Shown piece after piece: positions 25,371-34,842 of a stretch of DNA of 37,227 nt (positions are counted from its first letter, which is position 1; each line of letters starts with the position of its first letter). Both the position numbers and the translations under genes were made by a program. Where the stretch lies: NCBI GenBank assembly GCA_046484135.1, contig JAWOBU010000199.1, positions 1 through 37,227 on the forward strand, written 5' to 3'. This stretch comes from a bacterium. Its GTDB lineage: Bacteria > RBG-13-61-14 > DATKZS01. The notes beneath the pieces were generated by a model, which was not told the origin of the DNA, made no database searches, and saw only the letters and a program-made list of their open reading frames with translations.

Positions 25371-26087
25371 ATGAACGGTGAAAAAGAAAGAGTGGAGTTC
25401 TACTCCCGGGGACTGCGTCTGGAAGGAAGATACCGAAGCGCGGGAGCGTCCGGCGCACCAGCCGCGGTCATCTGTCATCCTCATCCTTTGTTCGGCGGCA
25501 GTATGGACAACAACGTGGTCTACGCCCTGGAAGCCGGTATGGTCTCGCGGGGAGTTTCCACCTTCTGCTTCAACTTCCGGGGGGCGGGCGAGAGTGAAGG
25601 CGAGTTCGACGACATGCGCGGGGAAGTGGACGATGTCCTGGCCGCCATATCCTGGCTGGCAGCCCGGCCGGACATAGACCCCTACCGGATCGGGCTCGCC
25701 GGATACAGCTTCGGCGGACTCATGGCCATGTACGCCGCCTCCCGCATCATCGCCAGAAACGCTTCCGGCCTCGACGTGATAGGGCCCCGCCGGCTCGCCC
25801 TGGTAAGCCCGATGCCGCCGGCCGTCCCCTGGGAAAAGGACCAGGCGCTTAAAGACCTGCTTACGAACCCTCCTCCCACCGTAATCACCGGCGGGACCCG
25901 CGACCGGTTCTGCCCCTTGAACTCCGCCCGGTCCCTGGTTACAGCCATGGGCATGGACAGCAGGATCATCATCGTGGAAGGCGCGGACCATTTTTACATG
26001 GACCGGGAGGACGAAGCAGCCCTGCCCGTAGCCGACCTCATGGCCGGCATGCCTTCGAAAAAAAAACAGTCTTTAACGGAGGAGTGA
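25371..26087 (+). CDS. Alpha/beta hydrolase (small, CHPHP type)
   Basis: CHPHPLFGGSMDNNVV, FNFRGAGESEG, GYSFG, GTRD, GADHF. Confidence 0.88.
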   Translation: MNGEKERVEFYSRGLRLEGRYRSAGASGAPAAVICHPHPLFGGSMDNNVVYALEAGMVSRGVSTFCFNFRGAGESEGEFDDMRGEVDDVLAAISWLAARPDIDPYRIGLAGYSFGGLMAMYAASRIIARNASGLDVIGPRRLALVSPMPPAVPWEKDQALKDLLTNPPPTVITGGTRDRFCPLNSARSLVTAMGMDSRIIIVEGADHFYMDREDEAALPVADLMAGMPSKKKQSLTEE

Positions 26088-26906
26088 TGAAGGCACGGTC
26101 GAGTACGCCTTGCCCGAGCTCTTGATCTCTTTTATAAACCTCTCCGCCCACCGTGCAAGATTTCTGTCCGACCGGTCGCGGGCCAGCACGGAAGCGAGCG
26201 AAATCGCCTTGCCCCGACAGAGCTCCGCTTTCTTCCGCGACCGCCACGGAGCAGGCTCCTCCAGCCTGTCCGCAAGGTCAAGATACAGATCGGCCAGCTT
26301 CTTCATCACCCGGCTCCGCAACTTGGAGTAGCTATACTCCTCCAGCCAGCCCTCGTGCCGCCTTATAGACCAGGCCGTACAGGCGGGGTAAGCGGAACTC
26401 TTGACGCAAAGGCTCGCTTCAACCAGCCGGAGCGCCGCATCGTCATCCTCCGCGCTGCCCCCGTGCTCTTTTACTACCTTCTCGAAAAAATAACAGCCCG
26501 CTCTCTTGATGCGGGCTTCTCCCGCCACAGAAGCGTCTTCCCAGCGCTCTCGTGCCTTTGTCTTCCGGATGGTCCCAAGCCGGTACAGTACCGCGGAAGC
26601 GGACACGCTACCCCGCCCCTGTTTTTTCAAGCCGGAAAGCCCGGACAAGGGCTCCTCCGGCAGACCCGCTTTCCAGCGCGGGTCCGAGAGGACCGCCCGG
26701 GCCCGCCAGTCGCGGCGCGCAGCTTTTACCAGGAGAGCCGCGGCCCGCTCGTCGTCTCCTCTCCGAAAGGCCTTTATGCCCTCTTTATAATAATCAGGCG
26801 CCTTTTCCGGCCGGGCAGGCTTTGAGCTCTCTCTCTTCGAGGATGTCTCTCCGGCCACAGTCGGGAAAAGCTCGAACAGCGCCAGAAAAAGCAGGGCGGC
26901 TATCAC
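26073..26906 (-). CDS. Hypothetical exported helical (TPR-like) protein
   Basis: Signal-peptide-like N-terminus, helical repeat-like segments; fills the gap downstream of aroB; start uncertain. Confidence 0.55.
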   Translation of the reverse strand: MIAALLFLALFELFPTVAGETSSKRESSKPARPEKAPDYYKEGIKAFRRGDDERAAALLVKAARRDWRARAVLSDPRWKAGLPEEPLSGLSGLKKQGRGSVSASAVLYRLGTIRKTKARERWEDASVAGEARIKRAGCYFFEKVVKEHGGSAEDDDAALRLVEASLCVKSSAYPACTAWSIRRHEGWLEEYSYSKLRSRVMKKLADLYLDLADRLEEPAPWRSRKKAELCRGKAISLASVLARDRSDRNLARWAERFIKEIKSSGKAYSTVPSSLLR

Positions 26907-26967
26907 GCCGGCCGCAAGCCTTGAAAACCGCGGCCATAAGCCCCTCTGCCAAGATTTGACGCAAGTA

Positions 26968-28113
26968 TTAATTGAAGAACCTCTTTAAAAGCTTCAAGGT
27001 GGTCTTGTCGTCCACCGGCACTCCCACCTTTTTCTTGTACCTTTTCATCTGCCCGAGCCGTACCGGCAGAACATACTCGGTGATCCCTTCCCTGGTCTTC
27101 TTGTCCTGGTGCACGTAGGAGAGGATGTCCTGGGGCCGGACCGCTCTTCCGAGCAGGGCCTTCAGGACCACCTTGGCCTTTACGGGAAGTCCGAGCTTTT
27201 TCAACAACGCGTCCTGGCGCTCCCGTTCCTTGGCGGGCAGTATCTCCAGGGACTCGGCCAGTCCGGCTTCCATGGCCATGCCCAGGCTTATCGCCTCGCC
27301 GTGATACAAAGAGTAGTTGGACGCCGCCTCCACTGCATGGCCCAGGGTGTGCCCGTAGTTCAAGATGCGGCGATAGTCGAGCTCTTTCTCGTCCGCGCTT
27401 ACCACCTCGGACTTGATCCGGCAGCTTTCCAGGATGATCTCCTTTTGCGCATCAGGATCGCCATCTATAAGGTCCATACCGCGGTCCTCCAAAACCTTTA
27501 CGAACTCACGGTCCTTGATAATGCCGTGCTTTACCACCTCGGCCATGCCGGAGAGAAGATGGCGCCGAGGCAACGTCTCCAGCATGGAAACGTCAATGTA
27601 AACCGCCCGAGGCTGGTGGAACGTACCCAGCAGGTTCTTGCCCTCCGGAACGTCAATCGCGGTCTTGCCGCCGATGCTCGAGTCCACCATGGAAAGAAGC
27701 GTGGTGGGATACATCACCACCGGCACGCCCCGCAGATAGGTCGAAGCGGTAAAGCCCGCCAGGTCGCCGGTAACGCCGCCGCCGCAAGCTATCACGCAGC
27801 AGTCGCGGCCAAGCCCCAGGCCCAGCATGTGCTCCTCCAGGTACTGCTTCATCTTCCGGCTCTTGGAGGACTCGCCCTCCGGAAAGCCTATGCGGTCAAC
27901 CTTTAAGCCGGCCTTACGAAGACACTCTGTAAGCTCGTTCCCGTGAAGCTTCATTACCGTCGAGTCAGAGATGACAACGTAGCGGTCCCCCAGCGGAGCA
28001 CGGCGCAGATCGGCGGCAAGCCGCTCCATGAGAGCGCTTCCCACCACCAGGTCGTAAGAATCATCCACTGTCCGTCGCAACTTCACGCGGACCTTATTGC
28101 CGGTTCGAGACAT
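26968..28113 (-). CDS. aroB: 3-dehydroquinate synthase
   Basis: GESSK, GGGVTGDLAGF, PTTLLSMVDSSIGGKT, GKNLLG, EVVKHG, LNYGHTLGHAVE, HGEAI, DKK. Confidence 0.93.
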   Translation of the reverse strand: MSRTGNKVRVKLRRTVDDSYDLVVGSALMERLAADLRRAPLGDRYVVISDSTVMKLHGNELTECLRKAGLKVDRIGFPEGESSKSRKMKQYLEEHMLGLGLGRDCCVIACGGGVTGDLAGFTASTYLRGVPVVMYPTTLLSMVDSSIGGKTAIDVPEGKNLLGTFHQPRAVYIDVSMLETLPRRHLLSGMAEVVKHGIIKDREFVKVLEDRGMDLIDGDPDAQKEIILESCRIKSEVVSADEKELDYRRILNYGHTLGHAVEAASNYSLYHGEAISLGMAMEAGLAESLEILPAKERERQDALLKKLGLPVKAKVVLKALLGRAVRPQDILSYVHQDKKTREGITEYVLPVRLGQMKRYKKKVGVPVDDKTTLKLLKRFFN

Positions 28114-28155
28114 AAAAACCCACTCCTTTTCATAATATGGAAGAAAGACATGACA

Positions 28156-29247
28156 TCAGCCGCCGGAAGCTGTTTGTTCCAGCAGCCCGTCATACAAAGA
28201 TATGAGCTGCGACCAGTCGAAACGGAACAAAAGCTGTGCTTGACGCTCCGGCAGACCCCGACCGGCGGGGCCTTGCCTCAACGCCTTTTTCAATTTTAAC
28301 ACAAGATCGGAGAAATCGTGGTAGAGGTGTTCTCTGAATCCGCTTCCCAGAAGCTCGGGATAGGAAAGCCGGTCCGGCCACAACGGCCGGGCGCCTGCAT
28401 AGGCGGCCTCCACCGCGGCGATCCCGAAGTTCTCCTGGGAAGCGGTGGACACGGATACAGAGCTCCGGCAGAGCCAGGAGAGGTACTCGCCGCGGTCCGG
28501 CACGTACTCTAAGCACACGATACGATGGCCGAGCCTCTCCTGCGCTTCCAGAAACGGCCGGGGCTTTACCTGGAAGTTTTCGCCCAGGATCACCAGCCCG
28601 AAGTCGAGCCCGTCGCGTTCCAGCTCGTAAATCGCGGCAAAGAAGTCCTCCGGCCGCTTGTCGAACTCCCACCTGTGGTTCCAGACAATGAGCGGGGGGT
28701 CGGTGTCTTTTTCAACTCTTGCCTGGTCAATGGAGGCCAGGTCCACTCCGGGGTAGAGGACCTCGGACTTCTCCCGAATCCGCTCGGAAACGCGGGAGGG
28801 ATGGTGGTCCGGCATCATGCTCAAAAAGCCGGGCAGGGCATCAAAGAAGGACTCCATGTGATAGCAGGAGTTCCAGAGCACCTTGTCCGCTGCCAGACAG
28901 GTGGTGATGTTGGTGAAGCCAACGTGGACATCGCGCCGGCTTGCCTTTAGCACCGGGTAGCAAAGCTGGTTCTCGTGCATGTATACAACGGCAGGCACGT
29001 CCAGGCCGGAGAGTGACTTGAACTCGGCCAGGGAGAGCATGTCCGAGGCCAGGACCACGTCCGGCCGGAAGTCGAGCGCGCGGGCCCGGTCGGCCAGGGT
29101 TAGGGCCCCGCCCCGCATCCGCCATTTCCAGAACCTGTCCGGCAGGCACAACACCTGGAAAGAATGGTCCGAGTTTCGGACCAGCCCGTCCGCGAAAGCC
29201 CGGTGGGAGCCTCCGTAAAAAGGCTCCACTAATAACACGTTCGCCAT
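28156..29247 (-). CDS. DUF3524 + GT-B glycosyltransferase (GTDC1/QTMAN-like)
   Basis: EPFYGGSH, LPDRFWKWRMRG, YMHENQL.YP, WNHRWEFDKRP, ENFGIAAVEA, RLSYPE. Confidence 0.85.
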   Translation of the reverse strand: MANVLLVEPFYGGSHRAFADGLVRNSDHSFQVLCLPDRFWKWRMRGGALTLADRARALDFRPDVVLASDMLSLAEFKSLSGLDVPAVVYMHENQLCYPVLKASRRDVHVGFTNITTCLAADKVLWNSCYHMESFFDALPGFLSMMPDHHPSRVSERIREKSEVLYPGVDLASIDQARVEKDTDPPLIVWNHRWEFDKRPEDFFAAIYELERDGLDFGLVILGENFQVKPRPFLEAQERLGHRIVCLEYVPDRGEYLSWLCRSSVSVSTASQENFGIAAVEAAYAGARPLWPDRLSYPELLGSGFREHLYHDFSDLVLKLKKALRQGPAGRGLPERQAQLLFRFDWSQLISLYDGLLEQTASGG

Positions 29248-29395
29248 TCGGGGATTTTAACACGAAGAGCGGCCGCGGTTTAAAAAAGCTTTCTCCGTTT
29301 TTATCCCGGACCTTTTTGCATCTCGGCGTTGTCTTTAACTTGTAACCGGGACGGTTGTTGATTGTTAACCGGCTTCAGCCTAAAATCACCGAATG
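29245..29395. promoter_or_regulatory. Divergent promoter pair, both apparently leaderless
   Basis: Minus strand: TG-T-TAAAAT-CCCCGA-ATG(29247). Plus strand: TTGATT-N17-TAAAAT-CACCGA-ATG(29393). Neither has an SD. Confidence 0.65.
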
Positions 29396-32300
29396 TCCAT
29401 GAAGTCAGCCATATCAGAAAAAATCCTGTCGAGGCACGCCGCTTCAGTTACGGGTTCTCTGGCGTGCTCGTTTCTGCTTTGTCTTCTGGTTTGGACGGGC
29501 GGGCTTGGTTGCACGGATAAGAACGAAGTAAAAGTTAATGCAGGCAAGCTTTCCGACCCGTCGTTTTTACAGGGCCAAGACGAGACAGAACCTTTTGCCA
29601 CGGGAATTATTCTTCATAACGTCTACCCCGCTTTCTGGCGGGACGAGCTCCTTCCCTTGAAGAAGGGAGGCCTGGCGGTCATGGACCCGGCAAGAGGGTT
29701 TGTAAACCTTGACTTCCCGGCGCGGGAAAAGATAGGGCCGGTGCAGTGCCTGGCGCTTCAAGAAAGCCCGGCCGGAAACCGGCTCTGGGTGGGGACCTCG
29801 TTCGACGGCGTCTACGTTCTGGACTTTCCCTCCCTTTCCATCTCCGAGCACTATACGGTCGAGTCCACCGGCATTACCGGCCGCGCCGTTTCCATGTCGA
29901 AAACAAGACTCGTGTTCGAGCCTGACTCCAAAATAAAAAAAGCGGACCTTGCAAAGCTCTCCGCCCTTGCCGGAAGCGGTCTTTATCTCAAACTGAACAC
30001 CGAGTTCTTTCACGTCCGGTCCGTGGACTGGCCCGCCTTCACCGTCCATACCTACGGCAGCCACGACCTTGTCCATGCGGGCCGGGCCGGCTCCGGCAAC
30101 ATGGATAAAGTAACCATTGTCTCGGGACTGCCAGACAACACCATAAACGACATCATGGTCTCCGAAGACACGGTGTGGGTCGCCGCGGGAAGGATCGGAG
30201 ACAAAGGCCTTGCCGGAGGGATCGCCTCTTTCCGAAACGGAGAGTTCACTCCCCGGCACCCGAACTCGGTCTTCAACAAACGCCGCCGGTTCAACTTCCA
30301 GCGCAGCAACGCGGGCTACTCTTTGTGCAAACACGGCGACAAGCTCTGGTCCGGCTGGGCGGAAATCCGCGGCCCCAAGCCCTGGGGAGGTGTCTCCGGC
30401 AATGTGCTTAACTTTTCGGGGGACGGCGGAAAGAAGAAACAATGGAACGACTTCACCAATCCCGCTTGCATCAATCCGCGCAACTTCAGCTCCAGAATGC
30501 ACGTTACGGTTGACGACCTTGCTCCCGTCCGATTGAGGGACGGGGAGACGCTCCGCGAATGCGTGGCCGCGGCGAGCTTTGGCCTTAACACCATCACCAG
30601 GATGGGGACGCCCGGCAGAAAGGCGAGCGGAGGAGGCGGACTCCGCCTTATCTGTCCGGAAGGTCTGAAAGGATTTGTCTTCAAGGAGTACGGAGAGGAC
30701 CAGAAGCCGGTAGCCGGCTCTCCTCCTTCCAACGCGGTTTTTGCGGTGGACACCATGCACGAAGAAAGTTCGGACAAGGTGTATGCCTTCGCCGGCACTG
30801 ACGCCGGCCTTTACGTGTCCGAGCTCTCGACCCGAGTGCGTCGCTATTTTTACGAGCCGCCCGGGGACCCTGCGCCGGTGGTCCGGGTGGGCTCCGACTA
30901 CAGCTCGGGTTTCTACCGTTCCGGCGAAGTCCTGCATGGAATGACGGTGGGAAGCGCCTCATGGCCGCCCTGCCTGCCGGACCTGGTAGTAAAAGAGATC
31001 AGCCTTCTGCCGGGAAGCGACAAAGACAACCTTAAGCTCTGGGTCGGAACATACGGTGGAGCGGCTTTTTACAACGGCCCTCTTGATTCCATCACCGATT
31101 GCTCGCGCTGGAAAAAATTTTACTACCACGAAGACACCGGCAGGATAAAACCTTTAAGAAAGCGGAAACAAAAGCGGAAAGCATCCCCCGGCCTGGCCAC
31201 GGTGTCGGCACTGCTGCCGGTGGAACAGGACGGTCGGCGCTATGTTGTAGCCGGTCTTAATAAGGAAACCTTTCTGGTCGGCCAGGCCGGCTCCTTGAAA
31301 AGAGCTTTACGCGAAAACGCAGAGCGCTTTCCCCAATCGCCGGTCAGCGACCTTCGCCTGCATCGCTCCGCTGCTTATGAGAACGCGCTGGAGACAACTT
31401 CATTGCCCGACTTCTCGGCCTTAAACCTTTATACGCGGGAGTTCCATGAAAAGGAATGCACCATCCAAAGTCCGGAGTGTCTTTCAGGAGACACCGCCCT
31501 TAACTGGCGGCACTTTGACGCCATGATGGACCGGGTAGTAGAAAACGACCTTACACCCGCCATATGCCTGTCCACCTTGCCGGTCCTGATGTACAAAGAC
31601 CTGGTGAAAGAGGGGGACTGCTCTCCTCCGGACCCGGACAATCCGGCCTGTGCTCCTTCCCGGACCAAGTGGGACTTATTAAAATGGGAGAACCTGGTCT
31701 TTGCCGTGGTGGACCGCCTTTACCGCAGGTACGGCCGGAAAGAAGCAGCAGGATGGACGCTGGAGGTGTGGAACGAGCCGGCCATCGCCTGGGAATGGAG
31801 ATGGAACCAGAGCTGGGCATCCGACTACGCCGTCCTCTTTTCTCACGCCCGGAAAGCCGTTCAAGCCTGCAACCGGGCCTGGGACCGGAAAAGCCCCCGC
31901 ACGCCGGGCATGAACATCCGACTGGCCGGGCCCGCCTGGCACGGAGACCCCAAGCCTCCGGACAAAAGACTGAAAAAAATGATCGAGACCTTCAAGGAAA
32001 ACAACCTCAGTCCCGATCTTTTTACTATTCACATTTATCCTTTCAAGAGGATGAGCATGGGGCCCTATTACGAAAGAGCGCTCAAGTACATGAAAGAGAA
32101 AGACATGACCGCGCCCGTTTACGTTACCGAGTACGGTCCGGTCATGACCCAGTGCCACGACGGAATCGGGACCCTGGCGTCCGGAGAGCTGTCAGCCATT
32201 TTTCTTCTTCAGTCCTTGCACGATCTCTACGGCCTCAATCCTCCCCCGACGATGATGCACTTCCTGGAAATCCAGTCCCTGATATTCGGAGCGCGGTCCA

Positions 32301-33478
32301 ACTGGGCGGGAATGTACTCTTACCTCGGCGCAAACGAGTGGGCCCCCCGGCCATTGTTTAACGCCATGACCATGGCCGCGCAAGCCGGCCCCTTACGGCT
32401 CCCGGTCCAAGCAGAAGGAGAGTTCGACTCCTTCGGACGTTACGACCCCCGCACCGGCAAGATCATGCTCTTTCTGATTAACAACCACATCCGGAAACTG
32501 TGGCAGAAAACCAAGAATTACAACAGACCCGGAAAAGCATCTGTCGAGCTCGAGCTCACGGGACTTCCGTCCCACCGGTACAGCGTTCGCGAGTTCGTAA
32601 TAGACAGCAAGCATAATAACTTCCTCACCGCCCACTGGAAGGCGGGAAGCCCCTCCGCACCAGCAAAAGATGTAGCGGAAAAGATAAAACGCGACTCGAG
32701 CCTGAAACCGCTCGGCCGGGATGAAGCCGCTCTGCCGCAAACCATGGAAGGCAGCTCTATTCAGACAACACTGTCCATGGAAAAAGAAAGCATCTACACC
32801 ATCGAGCTCTCTCCACCCCCCGTACTCGGAGTCTCCGGGAACACCATTACCGGACTTGACTTGTCAGCCAATGAACGCGGCGACGTGCGGGTAAGCTGGC
32901 AGGCGGGCCGCAAGAATTATAAAAAAATCTACAGTCAAGACCTCCGGTCCTGGCAGAAGACCGAGAGCAACAAGGCGCGTGAAAAAATTTCGGAGGACGG
33001 GGACGAGCCGGCCGGCGCCTGCTCCGCTGTAACGCGGTTTAACGGCGATACCATAAAGATCGGGGTCAGAAGGGGCAAAGAAGGCGAACTCCCCATCTTG
33101 CAAGCTTCAACTCCGGGTTCCAGCCCCATGAAGGTAAAAAGTGGTACCGTAAACTTAAGATCGTGGGACCAAAAGACCCTGGCTTGCGCCGCTGACGGGA
33201 GGGGACGGCTTCACCTGGTAAGCGGGAAGAAGGACGGAACGATTGTCTACCGGAAGCTCAGGCCATTCCGAAAATCCTCGGGCTTGACCTATAGCATCGC
33301 CGGTCCGCCCCGGCCGGTGAGCGCTTACGAGCCCTACCCCGCCCGGCGGCCGGACAGCCCGGCAATTGCGGTTGAGAAAAAAGGGAACGTGCACATCGCC
33401 TGGATCGAACGCGACCCGCGAGGCCTGGGTGTAAGCGGCAAGAACGCGGTGGTTTACACGTATCTGCGGGAAGGATAA
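29393..33478 (+). CDS. Large exported (likely lipoprotein) beta-propeller + GH39-like glycoside hydrolase
   Basis: Hydrophobic N-terminus ending GLGC; propeller-type repeats (LWVGT, GLPDNTINDI, PPSNAVFAV, LPDLVVKEI..LWVGT); clan GH-A motifs NW..FD..MD, EVWNEP (acid/base), TIHIY, VTEYG (nucleophile), PRPLFNAM, IDSKHNN. Confidence 0.75.
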   Translation: MSMKSAISEKILSRHAASVTGSLACSFLLCLLVWTGGLGCTDKNEVKVNAGKLSDPSFLQGQDETEPFATGIILHNVYPAFWRDELLPLKKGGLAVMDPARGFVNLDFPAREKIGPVQCLALQESPAGNRLWVGTSFDGVYVLDFPSLSISEHYTVESTGITGRAVSMSKTRLVFEPDSKIKKADLAKLSALAGSGLYLKLNTEFFHVRSVDWPAFTVHTYGSHDLVHAGRAGSGNMDKVTIVSGLPDNTINDIMVSEDTVWVAAGRIGDKGLAGGIASFRNGEFTPRHPNSVFNKRRRFNFQRSNAGYSLCKHGDKLWSGWAEIRGPKPWGGVSGNVLNFSGDGGKKKQWNDFTNPACINPRNFSSRMHVTVDDLAPVRLRDGETLRECVAAASFGLNTITRMGTPGRKASGGGGLRLICPEGLKGFVFKEYGEDQKPVAGSPPSNAVFAVDTMHEESSDKVYAFAGTDAGLYVSELSTRVRRYFYEPPGDPAPVVRVGSDYSSGFYRSGEVLHGMTVGSASWPPCLPDLVVKEISLLPGSDKDNLKLWVGTYGGAAFYNGPLDSITDCSRWKKFYYHEDTGRIKPLRKRKQKRKASPGLATVSALLPVEQDGRRYVVAGLNKETFLVGQAGSLKRALRENAERFPQSPVSDLRLHRSAAYENALETTSLPDFSALNLYTREFHEKECTIQSPECLSGDTALNWRHFDAMMDRVVENDLTPAICLSTLPVLMYKDLVKEGDCSPPDPDNPACAPSRTKWDLLKWENLVFAVVDRLYRRYGRKEAAGWTLEVWNEPAIAWEWRWNQSWASDYAVLFSHARKAVQACNRAWDRKSPRTPGMNIRLAGPAWHGDPKPPDKRLKKMIETFKENNLSPDLFTIHIYPFKRMSMGPYYERALKYMKEKDMTAPVYVTEYGPVMTQCHDGIGTLASGELSAIFLLQSLHDLYGLNPPPTMMHFLEIQSLIFGARSNWAGMYSYLGANEWAPRPLFNAMTMAAQAGPLRLPVQAEGEFDSFGRYDPRTGKIMLFLINNHIRKLWQKTKNYNRPGKASVELELTGLPSHRYSVREFVIDSKHNNFLTAHWKAGSPSAPAKDVAEKIKRDSSLKPLGRDEAALPQTMEGSSIQTTLSMEKESIYTIELSPPPVLGVSGNTITGLDLSANERGDVRVSWQAGRKNYKKIYSQDLRSWQKTESNKAREKISEDGDEPAGACSAVTRFNGDTIKIGVRRGKEGELPILQASTPGSSPMKVKSGTVNLRSWDQKTLACAADGRGRLHLVSGKKDGTIVYRKLRPFRKSSGLTYSIAGPPRPVSAYEPYPARRPDSPAIAVEKKGNVHIAWIERDPRGLGVSGKNAVVYTYLREG

Positions 33479-33481
33479 GTA

Positions 33482-33994
33482 TCAGGGGTTTTCTTTATAC
33501 TGCCGCACCAGTTCGAGATACTCCTCGCCCTGGGCGGTGATGCCCTGGATGTCCTCGTCCGTTAGATCGCGGGAGAGCTTGGCCGGAACCCCCATAACCA
33601 GCGAGCCGGCAGGGACCTTCATCCCCGGCGGAACCAGCGCGCCCGCGGCCACCATGCAGTTGTCCCCGATCTCCGCGCCGTCCAGGACTATCGCCCCCAT
33701 GCCGATGAGACAGTTGTCCCCCACCCGGCAGCCGTGCAGCACCGCCCGATGGCCTATGGTCGTGCCCGACCCCAGAAAGGTCGGCCACTTGTCCTTGGTA
33801 ACGTGAACCACGCACGAATCCTGGATGTTGGTCCTCTCGCCGATCCGAACGTAATTTACGTCTCCGCGGACCACCGCGTTGAACCACACCGATGACAAAG
33901 AGCCTATATGCACGTCCCCGATGACCACGGCGCTGTCCTCGATGAAAGCGTCCGGCGCGACCTGCGGCTCAATACCCCGGAAAACCCGTATCAC
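33482..33994 (-). CDS. Gamma carbonic anhydrase family (YrdA/PaaY-like) protein
   Basis: Hexapeptide repeats, VRGD, NIQD..VH, IGH.AVLHGC, GVPAK. Confidence 0.92.
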   Translation of the reverse strand: MIRVFRGIEPQVAPDAFIEDSAVVIGDVHIGSLSSVWFNAVVRGDVNYVRIGERTNIQDSCVVHVTKDKWPTFLGSGTTIGHRAVLHGCRVGDNCLIGMGAIVLDGAEIGDNCMVAAGALVPPGMKVPAGSLVMGVPAKLSRDLTDEDIQGITAQGEEYLELVRQYKENP

Positions 33995-34842
33995 AACAGC
34001 CCCCCGTATACAGCGTAGCGAAGATAATAGTAAGTGATGGGAATGGCCAGGAGCAGCGAGTCCAGCCGGTCCATGATACCGCCGTGGCCGGGAATCACGT
34101 TGCCCGAGTCCTTGATGCCCGCGTCCCGCTTGATCATGGACTCGTAAAGATCACCGGCAATCGTGAACACAACCAGCACCGGCCCCAGGAGGAGACAATG
34201 ATACAAAGGCAAGCCCGTCCCCTCCGCCGGGAAAACCCACCAGTCGAAAACAAGCTTGACCGCGACCACGCCCGCAGTGCCGACCAGCACGCCCCCGACC
34301 GCCCCTTCGATGGTCTTGCCCGGGCTGATAAGAGGAGCGAGCTTGTGCTTTCCATAAGCGCGCCCCGTAAAGAAAGCGCCGGCGTCCGCCAGAAAGGTGC
34401 CCGCCAGGGCCAGGATCACGAAGAAGATGCCCGTCTCTTCCGGGTGATGAGCGGGAAAGCGCAAAAGCGTGGCATGAGAAAGAAGCCAGCCGATATAAAA
34501 CACCCCGAAAAGCGTGACCGCGGACCCGGTAATGGCGGTCCTTATGTCCATTCCCCGGAGCTGGTCCGCCAGGATCAACATGGCCAAGAGGGTTATGCCG
34601 ATGGCCATATAATCAAGCCTGCCCAGGTAGGCCAGCCCGCCTATAAGCAGGGCACCCACCGTGCCCGCCAGCCTCTTGGGCATGAGCCCCTTCTGTTCCA
34701 CCATCCGGTAGTACTCGTTCACCCCCACCAGGATGGCCAGCTCGATGAGAAGCACAAAAAGCCAGCCGCCCCGGAAAAAGATATAAAGAAGGATCGGAAC
34801 CAGGACCAGCGCGCTTAACACCCTCTTGGTTACGTTGCTCAT
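33991..34842 (-). CDS. cdsA: Phosphatidate cytidylyltransferase
   Basis: D.GAFF.G, ISPGKTIEG, GDLYESMIKRDAGIKDSG..IPGHGGIMDRLDS. Confidence 0.95.
   Translation of the reverse strand: MSNVTKRVLSALVLVPILLYIFFRGGWLFVLLIELAILVGVNEYYRMVEQKGLMPKRLAGTVGALLIGGLAYLGRLDYMAIGITLLAMLILADQLRGMDIRTAITGSAVTLFGVFYIGWLLSHATLLRFPAHHPEETGIFFVILALAGTFLADAGAFFTGRAYGKHKLAPLISPGKTIEGAVGGVLVGTAGVVAVKLVFDWWVFPAEGTGLPLYHCLLLGPVLVVFTIAGDLYESMIKRDAGIKDSGNVIPGHGGIMDRLDSLLLAIPITYYYLRYAVYGGLL

Noticed and set aside
26968..28113. Sugar-phosphate cyclase (EEVS/DDGS) for a secondary metabolite, given the adjacent glycosyltransferase
   Set aside because: Has DHQS-type K..VV..DE.E and LNYGHT.GHA.E motifs rather than the EEVS-type MLEEL.PNL; ordinary aroB is more likely.
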